From Candidatus Krumholzibacteriia bacterium (GTDB taxonomy: Bacteria > Krumholzibacteriota > Krumholzibacteriia > LZORAL124-64-63), in NCBI GenBank assembly GCA_050174015.1, contig JBFXKG010000004.1:165501-229500 (forward strand): a stretch of 64,000 nt of DNA, written 5' to 3'. The translations under genes and the position numbers were made by a program. Below are positions 30,909 to 40,976 of the stretch, piece by piece; position 1 is the first letter of the stretch; each line of letters begins with the position of its first letter. The notes below the pieces were generated by a model, which saw only the letters and a list, made by a program, of their open reading frames with translations, had not been told where the DNA came from and searched no databases.

Positions 30909-32453
30909 TCAGTCCGGGACCAGCGCCGGCAGGTACACCCGGAATTCCGTTCCCGCGCCCGGAATGCTGTCCACCTCGATGAATCCTCGCCAGTGGGTGA
31001 CGATTCCGTAGGCCGTGGCCAGGCCCAGACCCGTCCCCTTGCCGGGGTCCTTGGTCGTGAAGAACGGCTCGAAGATGCGCTTGCGCAGCTCCGGCGTCAT
31101 GCCCGCGCCCGTGTCCTGCACCCGGATCCGCACGTAGGATCCGGGGACGGCCTCCTCCACGCCGGCGACCCGGTCCTCGCCGACCTCGGTGTTGGACATC
31201 TCGATCGTCAGGCGGCCGCCGGTCGGCATGGCGTCGCGGGCGTTCACCGTCAGGTTCATCAGAAGCTGCTCCATCTGGCCGGGGTCGGCCATCACCTGCC
31301 GGAGGTCGGATGGAGTGATGATCTCCAGGATGACGTCAGGACCCGCGAGGTTTTCGAGCAGGGGGACCAAATCGGCGACCAGGAGGCCGGGGTCGAGCTC
31401 GACCGGTTCGATGTGCTGCGTGCGGCTGAAGGCGAGCAGTTGCTGGGTCAAGCGTGCGGCCCGGACGCCGGTGTTGTGGATGTCGCCCAGCATCTTGTGG
31501 GTCTCGGCCTCGGACACCGGTTCATTCAGGAGGAATTCGGCCGAGCCGTTGATCACCGCCAGCATGTTGTTGAAGTCGTGGGCCACCCCGCCGGCGAGGC
31601 GCCCGACGGCTTCGAGCTTCTGGACCTCGCGGAGCCGCTCTTCGGCCTTCCGCAAGGCCTCCTCGGCCAGGCGCCGCTGCCGGATGTCGCGGAAGGCGAT
31701 CACCGCCCCGAGCTGGTTGCCGCCGTCGTCGACCACCGGCGCCGCCGAATCGTCGATGGGCACGCCCTCGCCGTCGCTCCTGCGCAGGAGCACGGGGGAA
31801 TCCAGGGTCACGGCCCCGCCCGACGCCAGCGCCAGGAACAACGGGTTGCCGACCGGGTCGCCGCTCCCCTCGTTCTGCAAGGGCATCACCAGGTCGATCG
31901 GCATGCCCTCGGCGTCGGCACTCGTCATGCCGGTGAGGGACGCGGCCACCGGATTCATGAACGTGACCCGGCCGTCTGTGTCGGTGGCGATCACGCCGTC
32001 ACCGATGCTCGCGAGGGTGGCCGCATAGCGACGTTCGCTTTCGCGCAGGCGCCCCTCCAGTTCGTGCCGGTGCAGCGACATCTCGATGGCCACCATCAGT
32101 TCCCGCTCGTTGAACGGCTTGAGCACGTAGCCGTAGGGCCCGGCCTCCTTGGCCCGGAGCAGGGTGTCGTGGTCGGAATGGGCCGTCAGGAAGACCACCG
32201 GGGCATGAAGCCGGCTGCGGATCGCCGTCGCGGCGGCGATCCCGTCGCGCGATCCCTTCAGGCGGATGTCCATGAGGATCAGTTCGGGGCGGTGCTGGTC
32301 GGCCGCCCGTTCGGCGGCCTCGGCGGTGTCGACGATATCGACCGTCACCATGCCCATGCGGGCCAGGCGCTCCCGCAATTCCTCGGCGATCAGGATCTCA
32401 TCCTCGACGACCAGGGTGCGGATCCCGGCCAACGCGCTCGTCTGCAGCTTCAT
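30909..32453 (-). CDS. Hybrid receiver-PAS-histidine kinase
   Basis: VVEDE..LMDIRL..KPF; PAS; AHDFNN, NARDAM, DTGAGM, PFFTTK, GTGLGL. Confidence 0.92.
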   Translation of the reverse strand: MKLQTSALAGIRTLVVEDEILIAEELRERLARMGMVTVDIVDTAEAAERAADQHRPELILMDIRLKGSRDGIAAATAIRSRLHAPVVFLTAHSDHDTLLRAKEAGPYGYVLKPFNERELMVAIEMSLHRHELEGRLRESERRYAATLASIGDGVIATDTDGRVTFMNPVAASLTGMTSADAEGMPIDLVMPLQNEGSGDPVGNPLFLALASGGAVTLDSPVLLRRSDGEGVPIDDSAAPVVDDGGNQLGAVIAFRDIRQRRLAEEALRKAEERLREVQKLEAVGRLAGGVAHDFNNMLAVINGSAEFLLNEPVSEAETHKMLGDIHNTGVRAARLTQQLLAFSRTQHIEPVELDPGLLVADLVPLLENLAGPDVILEIITPSDLRQVMADPGQMEQLLMNLTVNARDAMPTGGRLTIEMSNTEVGEDRVAGVEEAVPGSYVRIRVQDTGAGMTPELRKRIFEPFFTTKDPGKGTGLGLATAYGIVTHWRGFIEVDSIPGAGTEFRVYLPALVPD

Positions 32454-33576
32454 CTTGGGCCTCCAGACACAGTCTGACCTCCGTGCCCGGCCGGCGACGG
32501 AGGATGGTGATCTCGGCGTCCAGCTGGCGAGCCAGGGACCGCACCAGGCGCAACCCCAGCGTACCGTCGTCATCCGACACATCGGACTCCGGCAGGCCGA
32601 CGCCGTCGTCGGCGACGACCAGGTCGAGTCCGCCGGAAGCACCCTTGCCCAGTTCCACCCGCAAGGTGCCGGAACGCCCATCGGGAAACGCGTGCTTCAA
32701 GGCGTTGGAGATCAGTTCGGTCAGGATGAGGCCGCACGGGATGGCCCGGTCGATGCCCAGCGGCGTCGGATCGATGTCGAGCACCAGACGCACGTCCGAC
32801 CGTGCGGCGGAGGAGTTGCGGAGCATCTCGTTGGCCAGCTCGGCGGCGTACTCGCCGAAGTCGACCTCGGAAAGGTCTTCGGACTGGTAGAGGCGTTCGT
32901 GGACCAGGGCCATGGAGCGCACCCGCTCGCGGCACTCGTCCAGGATGCGGCGGGAGTCCTCGTCCCGCATGGCGCCGGATCTCAGGTACAGCAGGCTGCC
33001 GATCACGGCCAGGTTGTTCTTCACGCGGTGGTGGATCTCCTTGAGGAGGAGTTCCTTCTCCCGCAGCGAGTCCATCAGGCGCCGGGCCGCCAGCAGGCGC
33101 TCGGTGATGTCGATGATCGACGCCAGCACCATCGGCCCCTCGTCGGTGCTGATCGGATTCAGGCCGATCTCCACCGGCACCTCGCTGCCGTCGGCGCGCA
33201 GGGCGAACAGGTCACGTCCGGCGCCCATGGCCCGTGCCGACGGCGCGGCGGCGTATCCCTCGCGCAGCCCGACGTGGGATTCGCGGAATCGCTCGGGTAC
33301 GAGCATCTCCAGGGGCCGGCCCAGCAGATCCTGCCGCGGGTAGCCGAACAGCTTCTCGGCCTGGGTGTTGACGAGCACGATGTCACCCTTCCCGTCGACC
33401 GCGATCACGGCGCTGGGCGCGGCCTCGACGAAGAGCTGGAAGCGGCGCGAGGCGGACTGGTCGGCGGACAGACGCCTGACCTCGGCTTCCACGGCCCGGC
33501 GTCGCCGCACCTGCCCGGCAAGCAGGACGACCGCCGAGACCGCCACCGGCAGGGACAGTCCCGCCACCCACGCCAT
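32398..33576 (-). CDS. PAS + HisKA_2/HWE-type histidine kinase (start uncertain)
   Basis: [32 protein letters not shown]. Confidence 0.88.
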   Translation of the reverse strand: MAWVAGLSLPVAVSAVVLLAGQVRRRRAVEAEVRRLSADQSASRRFQLFVEAAPSAVIAVDGKGDIVLVNTQAEKLFGYPRQDLLGRPLEMLVPERFRESHVGLREGYAAAPSARAMGAGRDLFALRADGSEVPVEIGLNPISTDEGPMVLASIIDITERLLAARRLMDSLREKELLLKEIHHRVKNNLAVIGSLLYLRSGAMRDEDSRRILDECRERVRSMALVHERLYQSEDLSEVDFGEYAAELANEMLRNSSAARSDVRLVLDIDPTPLGIDRAIPCGLILTELISNALKHAFPDGRSGTLRVELGKGASGGLDLVVADDGVGLPESDVSDDDGTLGLRLVRSLARQLDAEITILRRRPGTEVRLCLEAQDEAADERVGRDPHPGRRG

Positions 33577-33944
33577 CGGGTTCGTCACCTCGTCACCGTC
33601 CGTTCGTGGTGCGACACCTGCCAGGGTTTCCCCGGAGGGAGAAAGGGGAGGTGTTCGCGACAACCAGGCGCCCGGATGGGATCCGGGACCACGGCGCCCC
33701 TGTCGGGGACTGATCGAAACGGTTCGCCCCTCAAAAGTCTACCATTTTTGTCATATTTTGTCGACCCATTGTGGCGGGGGTGCTGGATGGGCGGGAGGAA
33801 GGCGTGAGAGGCCGGGGGCCGCTGGAAACAGGAGGAGCGGTATTTCCCGATCCCATTACCCTCTTCAGGTTCGCTGGGGGAATCCATGGCCGGGGCCGGG
33901 AAGTCATAGATCCTCAGAAGGTGCGACTCCTTTCTCGAGGGGGT

Positions 33945-34145
33945 CCCCCGGGGGGCCTACAATGCTTTATTTTGGCTCTAATTGCCTATTTGGAGGCGAT
34001 TTCAGGAAAATCGGCGGATTTTGAAGGTCACCAGGTCCGGGGGAGGGCTCGTCCCAATTTGATCTTCTGGATCGTGGGTCCGAGTTGCGCGTACACGGTA
34101 TACAGCGTGGGGATGGGCCCCACCACACACGGGGCCAGGGTCGCT
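33945..34145. repeat. Palindromic repeat element, copy 2 (with decayed 5' end of the 24529 gene)
   Basis: Aligns by eye with 24454-24655, 35959-36119 and 40977-41178. Confidence 0.8.
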
Positions 34146-34332
34146 CGACGAGCATGAATCCGTGATGAGACAAGGGCAACGGAACAGAAAAGAAACCGGG
34201 TGAAATGAGTGGAAATGGGTTAAAAACATGGTAGAATGGGGTTTGCATCCATCCTGGCGATGGGTTGATCATCAGAGACATATGAGGACCTGATACTCAG
34301 GAATCCCCTTCATCCCCCGGGATCTCGCCCAT

Positions 34333-35667
34333 ATGAAGCTGGCAGGACAGCATGTCGACCTGAGGGGAACCTGTTTTCCGGACACCCTCCGATCACTCCG
34401 TGAAACCCGACACCTCAGCCAGAGCGAACTGGCCGACCTGGCCGGTCTCACCTACCGGACGGTTCACGATCTCGAACTCGGAAAACGGGGGCGGGTCCAG
34501 CAGAAGACCCTGTTCATGCTCGCCAAGGCCCTCGAAGTAAGCCTCGATGACCTGCTCTCCCGCGACTCCGGCCACGAAACCGCCCCCAGCAGCGGCAATG
34601 GCAGCAGCAACGGCAAAGGCAGCGGCAGCCCCCGCCCAGGACGACCATGGTGGCTGATTCCCGCCATCCTCGTCCCGGTGGTGCTGGTCGCTGGTTGGAT
34701 GTGGGCCCTCCAGTTCGGTCACGCGCATGCCCGCTGGGCCGTCAAGGACGGCGCGATCGAGGTCAGGGACGGACTGTTCGGCCACAAGCTCTGGGGATGG
34801 AACGAATCCGGAACCGTGACCGGCGGTCTGGAGTCCCCCTGGGACGGAAACCGGCTTCTTGTCGCCACCAATCGCCTGGCTCCGGGGCGCGGACAGGTCA
34901 TCTGCGTCGAAAAGGCGACCGGGGACACCCTCTGGGCGGTAAATCCGGACATCCCCGCCCTCGTCAGGGCTTTCGGGGAGGAGGACGTCCTGAGCGCCGA
35001 ATTCGGCTGCCGCCTCATCGGACCCGTGGATCTCGACGGGGACGGCCGGCCGGCGGTCCTCGCCTATTTCACCCATGGGAAGTACTACCCCACGGCGCTC
35101 CCGGTCATTGACGAGGGGGGCCGCCGGGTCTCCCAGTATTCCCATCGTGGCCATCTCTTCGACATCCTCGTCCATGACCTGGATTCCGATGGCAAGGACG
35201 AGATCATCGCCTCCGGGACGAACAACTGCCCCGATCACCGGGGCGCCACCGTGCTGATCCTGGGCGAGGGTCATTCCGGGGGAGCGTCGGCCGACCGCTG
35301 GTGCACCCTGGGGCCCGGGGCGGAACAGGATTCCGCCCTGGTCCGGGTCGTCATCCCCGGGTATCCCGAGCCCATCATGGAAGCGCTCCAGATTTCCCGG
35401 CTGGGGGCATTCGAAATCCAGGTATTCCGCAATACGGGGCAGGATTGCCTCATCACGGTCGAGGTCGGCGGCCACGACCCGATGCAAAGGATCTTCGTGA
35501 CCTTCGGCTCCGATTTGACGCCCCTGTACGCCGAGCCCAAGGACCGCCTGGTTGAGATCGCTCCGACCTTGTTTTCCGATCTTCCCCCCGAGGATCGTGG
35601 ACCCGCGGATCGGGAATGGCTGACGAGGTGGCTGGCCGGTTATCGCCGGATCGCATTTGAACCCTGA
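34333..35667 (+). CDS. XRE HTH - TM - extracytoplasmic FG-GAP/beta-propeller protein
   Basis: LRETRHLSQSELADLAGLTYRTVHDLELG; TM WWLIPAILVPVVLVAGW; DLDGDG and DLDSDGKDEI. Confidence 0.7.
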   Translation: MKLAGQHVDLRGTCFPDTLRSLRETRHLSQSELADLAGLTYRTVHDLELGKRGRVQQKTLFMLAKALEVSLDDLLSRDSGHETAPSSGNGSSNGKGSGSPRPGRPWWLIPAILVPVVLVAGWMWALQFGHAHARWAVKDGAIEVRDGLFGHKLWGWNESGTVTGGLESPWDGNRLLVATNRLAPGRGQVICVEKATGDTLWAVNPDIPALVRAFGEEDVLSAEFGCRLIGPVDLDGDGRPAVLAYFTHGKYYPTALPVIDEGGRRVSQYSHRGHLFDILVHDLDSDGKDEIIASGTNNCPDHRGATVLILGEGHSGGASADRWCTLGPGAEQDSALVRVVIPGYPEPIMEALQISRLGAFEIQVFRNTGQDCLITVEVGGHDPMQRIFVTFGSDLTPLYAEPKDRLVEIAPTLFSDLPPEDRGPADREWLTRWLAGYRRIAFEP

Positions 35668-35805
35668 TCGATCGCTCGAAATCGGGGGCGATGATGCGGC
35701 TCCTGGGCTTCCATTCATGCAGGCCGTGGGCTCCAACATCTGCACCATTCCGGCCACTAGGATGGAACTCGGCGTGGGCGACTTCAACGCTTGGGACCTG
35801 GCGGT

Positions 35806-35958
35806 TCAACTCATTCGGGAGTGCAAACAGGATCGCAGCTCGGCCATGACCTCCTCGCCGTCGCGGGACTCGCCCCGCTCGACCTGGTCGATGCCCTTCT
35901 GGATCTCCCCCCGAAGGGACTGGAGCCTCGCCTTGAGCAGACGTTCCTTCTCGCGGTT
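35806..35958 (-). pseudogene. C-terminal remnant of a ParD (CC2985-like) antitoxin
   Basis: REKERLLKARLQSLRGEIQKGIDQVERGESRDGEEVMAEL; no start, ends at repeat copy 3. Confidence 0.6.
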
Positions 35959-36119
35959 CCCCCGGGGGGCCTACAATGCCAATACCTGGCTCTAATTACA
36001 AATTTAGAGGCGATTTCAGGAAAGTCGGCGTCTTTTGAAGGTCACCCGATCCGGGGTCAAGCTCGCCCAATGCTGGTCTTCCCGACCTGAGCCCGGGCCG
36101 CGTGTACACGGTATACAGC
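35959..36119. repeat. Palindromic repeat element, copy 3
   Basis: CCCCCGGGGGGCCTACAATGCC...GTACACGGTATACAGC. Confidence 0.8.
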
Positions 36120-36202
36120 CCAGGGACGCGATATTGCGAGGATTTCCATGGTTTAACCGATTGAGATTGACTGCACCTGGGGGGGGGCGACGCCGGTTCA
36201 AG

Positions 36203-36395
36203 CGCCAAGCAAGGCAAGCGGAATGGCGCCCACTCCGTCGGCTCGCCTGAAGGCGCGAGGCCCGGGTCCGCAAGGTGGTGCTTCGGCGCCTGCGAAAGCT
36301 GGTGCAACCAGTTGCGCGACGGCAGCCAGGGTGGTGGCGGCGGCATACGCGGCCATCCAGTGCTCCATCGTCTCGGGACGGCGGACCGAGCTGCC
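36203..36395 (-). pseudogene. Internally deleted remnant paralogous to the DUF4143 ATPase at 39429-40700
   Basis: Three segments matching ~39435-39496, 39832-39911 and 40038-40100. Confidence 0.8.
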
Positions 36396-37586
36396 CTATT
36401 CCCGCCAGTCGGACCCCGGCATGATGCGCCGCATGAACTCGTCGAAGAGGGGAACCGTGAAGGCCGTGTCCCCGTAGCTGGGATTCCAGGCCATGCCCTT
36501 CCTGATGATGTGGCTGCGGGTCGGGGCCAGGGACTGGACCTTGCGGCCCAGGATCCCGGCGATATCGCCCGATCGATGCGGCCCGGGCCCCAGTTCCGCC
36601 ATGGCCCTGAGATAGCGTTTCTCGCCGGGAGTCAAGCGATCGAACCTGACCCGGAAGAATCCCGCATCCAGGTTGGCGATCACAGTCGCGGTCGCGGTAT
36701 CGACGTCCGCCAGGGTGATGGTCGGCCCCTCGGACACGGCCCAGCTGTGCATGCCCCATTCCTGGATGAAGTACGGATACCCGCCGGTCAATGCGATGAT
36801 CCTTTCCAGGGCCGCACGCTCGAAATCGACCCCCTCTCGCCTGGCTGGAGCAACGAGAGCATCTGCTGCATCCTGGGGGGACAGCGGTCCGATGGCCTCG
36901 AAGTCGAAAAGACGTTCGGCATAGGATTTTGCCCGCCCGAACTGGCCGGGCAACTGGGGCAGGCCTGCTCCGACCATGGCGACCGGCAACTGGAGCTGAG
37001 CCATCCGGTGCAGGGCGGTGATCAGCGCGGCCAGTTCCGATTCGGCAACGTACTGCAGCTCGTCCAGGAACATGACCAGGGCGGTGTCCGCCCTGGCTGC
37101 CGCTTCGCCGACCACCTCGAAGAGATCCTGGAGATCGTGCTCGAGGTCGCCGTTGTCCGCCAGTCCCGGTTCGGGGTCCAGGTCCAGGGCCACCTCGATG
37201 TCGTTGAAATGGACCTTGAGGGCGCCGACGAACCCGGCCAGCCCTCGCAAGGCCCGGCGGGCCAGGTCCCTGGCCTGCTCGTTCCTCGAAAGCCCGATCA
37301 TCGCCTGCCTGAGCTGGGGAGCCAGGATTGCCGGCAGGGACCGGGATTCGGGCGCTTCCACCCGCAAGGTCTGCATGCCCTCGGCCTCGGCCTCCTTGCG
37401 CAGCCGGTCCAGCAGGACCGTCTTGCCGACGCCACGCAAACCGACCAACAGGACGCTTTTCGCCGGTCGGCGAACCCGGATCCGGCCCAGGGAGATGCGG
37501 ACCTTATCCCGGAACTCGTCCCGGCCGGCGAGTTCCGGCGGAGGCGTTCCCGCACCGGGCGCAAAGGGATTTCTTATGGGATCCAT
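36396..37586 (-). CDS. AAA-family ATP-binding protein with C-terminal winged helix
   Basis: NPFAPGAG..LAGR, GLRGVGKT, LDELQ, GYPYFIQ; leaderless TTGACT-18-TATAAT-6-ATG. Confidence 0.85.
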   Translation of the reverse strand: MDPIRNPFAPGAGTPPPELAGRDEFRDKVRISLGRIRVRRPAKSVLLVGLRGVGKTVLLDRLRKEAEAEGMQTLRVEAPESRSLPAILAPQLRQAMIGLSRNEQARDLARRALRGLAGFVGALKVHFNDIEVALDLDPEPGLADNGDLEHDLQDLFEVVGEAAARADTALVMFLDELQYVAESELAALITALHRMAQLQLPVAMVGAGLPQLPGQFGRAKSYAERLFDFEAIGPLSPQDAADALVAPARREGVDFERAALERIIALTGGYPYFIQEWGMHSWAVSEGPTITLADVDTATATVIANLDAGFFRVRFDRLTPGEKRYLRAMAELGPGPHRSGDIAGILGRKVQSLAPTRSHIIRKGMAWNPSYGDTAFTVPLFDEFMRRIMPGSDWRE

Positions 37587-37841
37587 GACCAAATTATACC
37601 AACTTTACCATGGTTTAGTCAATTTTGATAAACTTGCAAAACTTGCAATAACTAACCCGACCATCGACTCAATCATGACATAAATCCATTATCAGCAACA
37701 AGTAAACAACTTGCAGGCGAAAAAAGGAAACCGACTGGAAAGGGAAGCTCTGCTCCTGAGCCTTAACGCTGGTTCTCCTCAAGGAACAGGGTAGGGCCGG
37801 GATCGGCAAATTGATCAAGGGCCCGCCAATGGGATCCCTCT

Positions 37842-38246
37842 CTATTCCAAATAGTCTTCCACGAATTGCCGCGGGGTCAGGACCCTCACTCCCTGGAAAC
37901 GATCCACCTGCAGCAAGTGGCGGTCTCCGCTCCCAATCGTTTGCACCTTCGCTCCGATGGCGCAGGCCAGGAACTTGTCATCTGTGGGATCCTCGCAGAC
38001 CCGCGCCGCCAATGCCGGGACACTGACCAGTTCTCCGTTGGTGGCGATCAAGGCCAGGATGGGATTCACCTCCACGCCGGGGTATTTTTCGTTCAACCGG
38101 AGGCCGACAAGCCAATATTCCTCGAAAATCTCCGGGGTGAGGACAAGGGCCAACCGTTCTGAACGCCATGCGTCGAAAATTAGATGAGGGGGACCGTCAA
38201 AGAATATCCCGGACATCAAAACGTTCCTGTCCAGGATCACCCTCAA
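37842..38246 (-). CDS. PIN-domain TA toxin
   Basis: VILDRNVLMSG, EEY, CEDPTDDKFLACA, SGDRHLL. Confidence 0.85.
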   Translation of the reverse strand: MRVILDRNVLMSGIFFDGPPHLIFDAWRSERLALVLTPEIFEEYWLVGLRLNEKYPGVEVNPILALIATNGELVSVPALAARVCEDPTDDKFLACAIGAKVQTIGSGDRHLLQVDRFQGVRVLTPRQFVEDYLE

Positions 38247-38503
38247 CTTCTGCCTTTGACCTTTTTCACCGCTTCAACAACATCCGATTCCTTCAGACCG
38301 GCCTCCTTGACCTGTTTGCGGACCTTTTTGACCAGACCGTCGAACTGGTCCATGGACGGGGACTTGATGATCTTCAGGATGACCACATCACCCTCCCCGA
38401 TCACGACAAACTGGGTGCCGATCTCCAGGCCGAGTCGTTTGCGGATCTCCTCCGGGATGACCACTTGCCCCCTCGATGACATCTTGGTCGTGGCTGGATT
38501 CAT
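38243..38503 (-). CDS. AbrB/MazE-family antitoxin
   Basis: TKMSSRGQVVIPEEIRKRLGL; GGAGG RBS. Confidence 0.9.
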   Translation of the reverse strand: MNPATTKMSSRGQVVIPEEIRKRLGLEIGTQFVVIGEGDVVILKIIKSPSMDQFDGLVKKVRKQVKEAGLKESDVVEAVKKVKGRS

Positions 38504-38690
38504 TGTTCACCTCCACTATTCGCGAATCTTATTGATAAGATTACCATCGAAAAGAGGTGGTGTCAATGCTGGTCGATTCTCCTCCCGGAGAAGCCCAGGG
38601 CCCTTGCCCACGACTTCAACACCGCAAGCTCCAAGCCGGCCCCCACCCCAGGGAAAGGGAGCGGGGACGCGCCCACAATCGAAATTGCCG

Positions 38691-38754
38691 CCCCCCGGGG
38701 GACCGAAACCCCCAAAATCAGCCTCCAATGAGGTGTTTAGAGCTGGTTTTCGGG
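38691..38754. repeat. Palindromic repeat element, copy 4 (core only)
   Basis: CCCCCCGGGGGACC...AAAATCAGCCTCCAAT-N-GTTTAGAGCTGGTTTT. Confidence 0.55.
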
Positions 38755-38871
38755 TTTGAGCCCTTACGACAGGCCGGCTTCTTCATTGGCCTGGGTGACC
38801 GATTCCGAGGGTTGCCATAAGATCCGGAGAGGGTCCCGAGGTGGTCGCAGATTCGACCACCTGGGTCACCC

Positions 38872-39126
38872 TCATGCCCGTATTTCGTCAACCTTGGCCT
38901 TCCTGCTCTTACCGCCTTGCTTCCAGACCATGTCCAGCCGCCGGCCTGATTGGGCGCAATCCCGCAGGTACAGGTTGATGAGGGTCTGGTAGGGGATGCC
39001 CGTCTCCTCGGCCATCTGCTTGAAGTAGGCGATCGTGCCTTCATCCAGGCGGATGGTCACCTGCTTCTTCAGGCGGTCGGCATAGGGGTTCTTCTTTCCC
39101 TCGCTGAAATCGTAATTCTTTCTCAT
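38872..39126 (-). CDS. BrnA-family antitoxin
   Basis: MRKNYDFSEGKKNPY..KKQVTIRLD..YFK..GIPYQTLINLYL. Confidence 0.9.
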   Translation of the reverse strand: MRKNYDFSEGKKNPYADRLKKQVTIRLDEGTIAYFKQMAEETGIPYQTLINLYLRDCAQSGRRLDMVWKQGGKSRKAKVDEIRA

Positions 39127-39302
39127 GGCTTCCATGTCCCGTACTGGGCCCGCTCTTTCCGCGTTGCCTTCCGGACTGAATAGATGGGGATGAGCCCGGA
39201 GGACTCCCGGTAACAATGGCAGACGACCAGGATCCTCAACCCGCGCTTTTCGAAGTTGCCCCTAGCCTTGTTTTCATCCCAACCAAAGTGCAGGTCTGCC
39301 AT
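39123..39302 (-). pseudogene. BrnT toxin with in-frame internal deletion (59 aa)
   Basis: FGWDENKARGNFEKRG joined directly to LRILVVCHCYRE..SVRKATRKER. Confidence 0.75.
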
Positions 39303-39428
39303 CTTTCATTATACCTACATTGTAGTTACAAAACAAGATTGAATGTGAAAGGCCCCCACTATTCAAACCCGGGAACCCCAATGATACCGGTTCCGCCATT
39401 TTCCTCGGCAGGAGGCGGCTCATGGGAA

Positions 39429-40700
39429 TCATGAGCCAAGCAACGCCAAGGGAATGACGGCAACCCCGTCGGCACGCCTGAAGGCGCGAGGCCCGGTGTT
39501 GATCACCGCGGCATCGAGGAGATCGTCTCCGAGCTGCTCGCGCAACCAGATCAGGTTCCTGACGTCCGCGTCCTCGACAGCACCGCTCAGCTTCACCTCC
39601 AAGGCAACGATCTTCTGGTCGGCACGCTCGATGATGAGGTCGACCTCCCGGCGTGCTCCGTGAAGTCGCAGGTGCCGGACTCTGGCTTCCGCCGACTGGG
39701 CCTGGACGCGCACGCAGAGTGTCACCAGTGATTCGAAGAGGTGGCCGAGCAGCGTGCCGTCCCGCGGAACCGCGACGCTTGTCTCCTCGCCTGCCAGCAA
39801 AGCCCCGGTGGCGAGGCCCAGCATCCGTACGGCGAGGCCCGGGTCCGCAAGGTGGTGCTTCGGTGCCTGGGAAAGCCGGTGCAACCAGTTGCGCGACGGC
39901 AGCCAGGGCGGCACGGGATCGAGAATCCAGAGTCGCTCGAGAACCTCCCGGTACGGAACGGTCGCCGTCTTGGCAGGCTTGTCACCCTGGCCGCCGGTCG
40001 CGGCATCGCGGATGGTCTCGAACGAGGCTGTCGTCGCGGTGGCGGCGGCATACGCGGCCATCCAGCGCTCCAGCGTCTCGGGACGGCGGACAGAGTGCCC
40101 CTGGTCCTCGAAATCGGTGTCGATGATGCGGCTCAGGTATCCGTCGAGCTGCCGGCGCAGCGCACGATCCGAAAGTTGCCGGATCGCCGGAAAGCCCGAA
40201 GCGACGATCTCGCGAACGTAGTCGGCCAGCGTCACGTCGGTGCTGCCGGCGATCGGGGCATGATCGCCGCGGAGCAGTCGCGACAGGCTGACGGTCGGCT
40301 CGCCGACGCCACGCTCGGCGATGGTCATCGGCCGCATCCGGAGCGTCACGATCCGCCCGGCGCCCGAGTGCGATGGGGCAGCCAAGGGACTGGACGACCC
40401 GGTCAACAGGAAGCGGCCAGGCTCGCAGCCACGGTCGACTGCCCGGCGGACGGCGTCCCAGACCGCCGGGACGCGCTGCCACTCGTCGATCAGGATCGGG
40501 GCCTCGCCGTCGAGCAGGTGGAACGGATCCGCCTCGGCGATCGCCCGCTGCGCGGGGTTGTCCAAATACCAGGCCGTCCTGGCCCGCCGCTCGGCGGTCG
40601 CGGTCTTCCCGACGCCGCGCGGCCCCTGCAGGGCCATGGCGGGGAGTTCGGTCAGCAGGTCGTCCAGCTCGTCGTCCACGATACGTCGGCGGTATTCCAT
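39429..40700 (-). CDS. AAA_14 ATPase + DUF4143 protein
   Basis: GPRGVGKT, IDEWQ, LLTGS, SGAGR, DPGL, LFES, EVDLI..EVK. Confidence 0.9.
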   Translation of the reverse strand: MEYRRRIVDDELDDLLTELPAMALQGPRGVGKTATAERRARTAWYLDNPAQRAIAEADPFHLLDGEAPILIDEWQRVPAVWDAVRRAVDRGCEPGRFLLTGSSSPLAAPSHSGAGRIVTLRMRPMTIAERGVGEPTVSLSRLLRGDHAPIAGSTDVTLADYVREIVASGFPAIRQLSDRALRRQLDGYLSRIIDTDFEDQGHSVRRPETLERWMAAYAAATATTASFETIRDAATGGQGDKPAKTATVPYREVLERLWILDPVPPWLPSRNWLHRLSQAPKHHLADPGLAVRMLGLATGALLAGEETSVAVPRDGTLLGHLFESLVTLCVRVQAQSAEARVRHLRLHGARREVDLIIERADQKIVALEVKLSGAVEDADVRNLIWLREQLGDDLLDAAVINTGPRAFRRADGVAVIPLALLGS

Positions 40701-40782
40701 GTTTCTCACCCGTTGGCCAGGGTTGCGATCAAGCTGCGCCGGCGGGCGGCGCTGCTCCGTGCGGCTTTACTTCAAGATGGGG

Positions 40783-40858
40783 TTTCAGCGGATTATAGAC
40801 TACCATTTCTGCGGCTTCTAGGCTACCATTTCTGCAGCCCATGGGCTACAATATCTGC
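40783..40858. repeat. Direct repeats at 23-bp period upstream of the DUF4143 ATPase
   Basis: CTACCATTTCTGC at 40800 and 40823, CTACAATATCTGC at 40846, partial TTTCAGCGG at 40783. Confidence 0.7.
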
Positions 40859-40976
40859 AATATTCCGGCCACTCGAATGGACCTCGTGGTGGGCGACTTC
40901 AACGCTCGCGACCCTGGCGGTTAGCTCTACGCCCGGGATGGGGCGGAGAACTGGACAACTTGATTCTGGAGGGGGT

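Noticed and set aside
40783..40858. Possible CRISPR array
   Set aside because: Units are ~13 bp with ~10 bp gaps, too short; no cas genes
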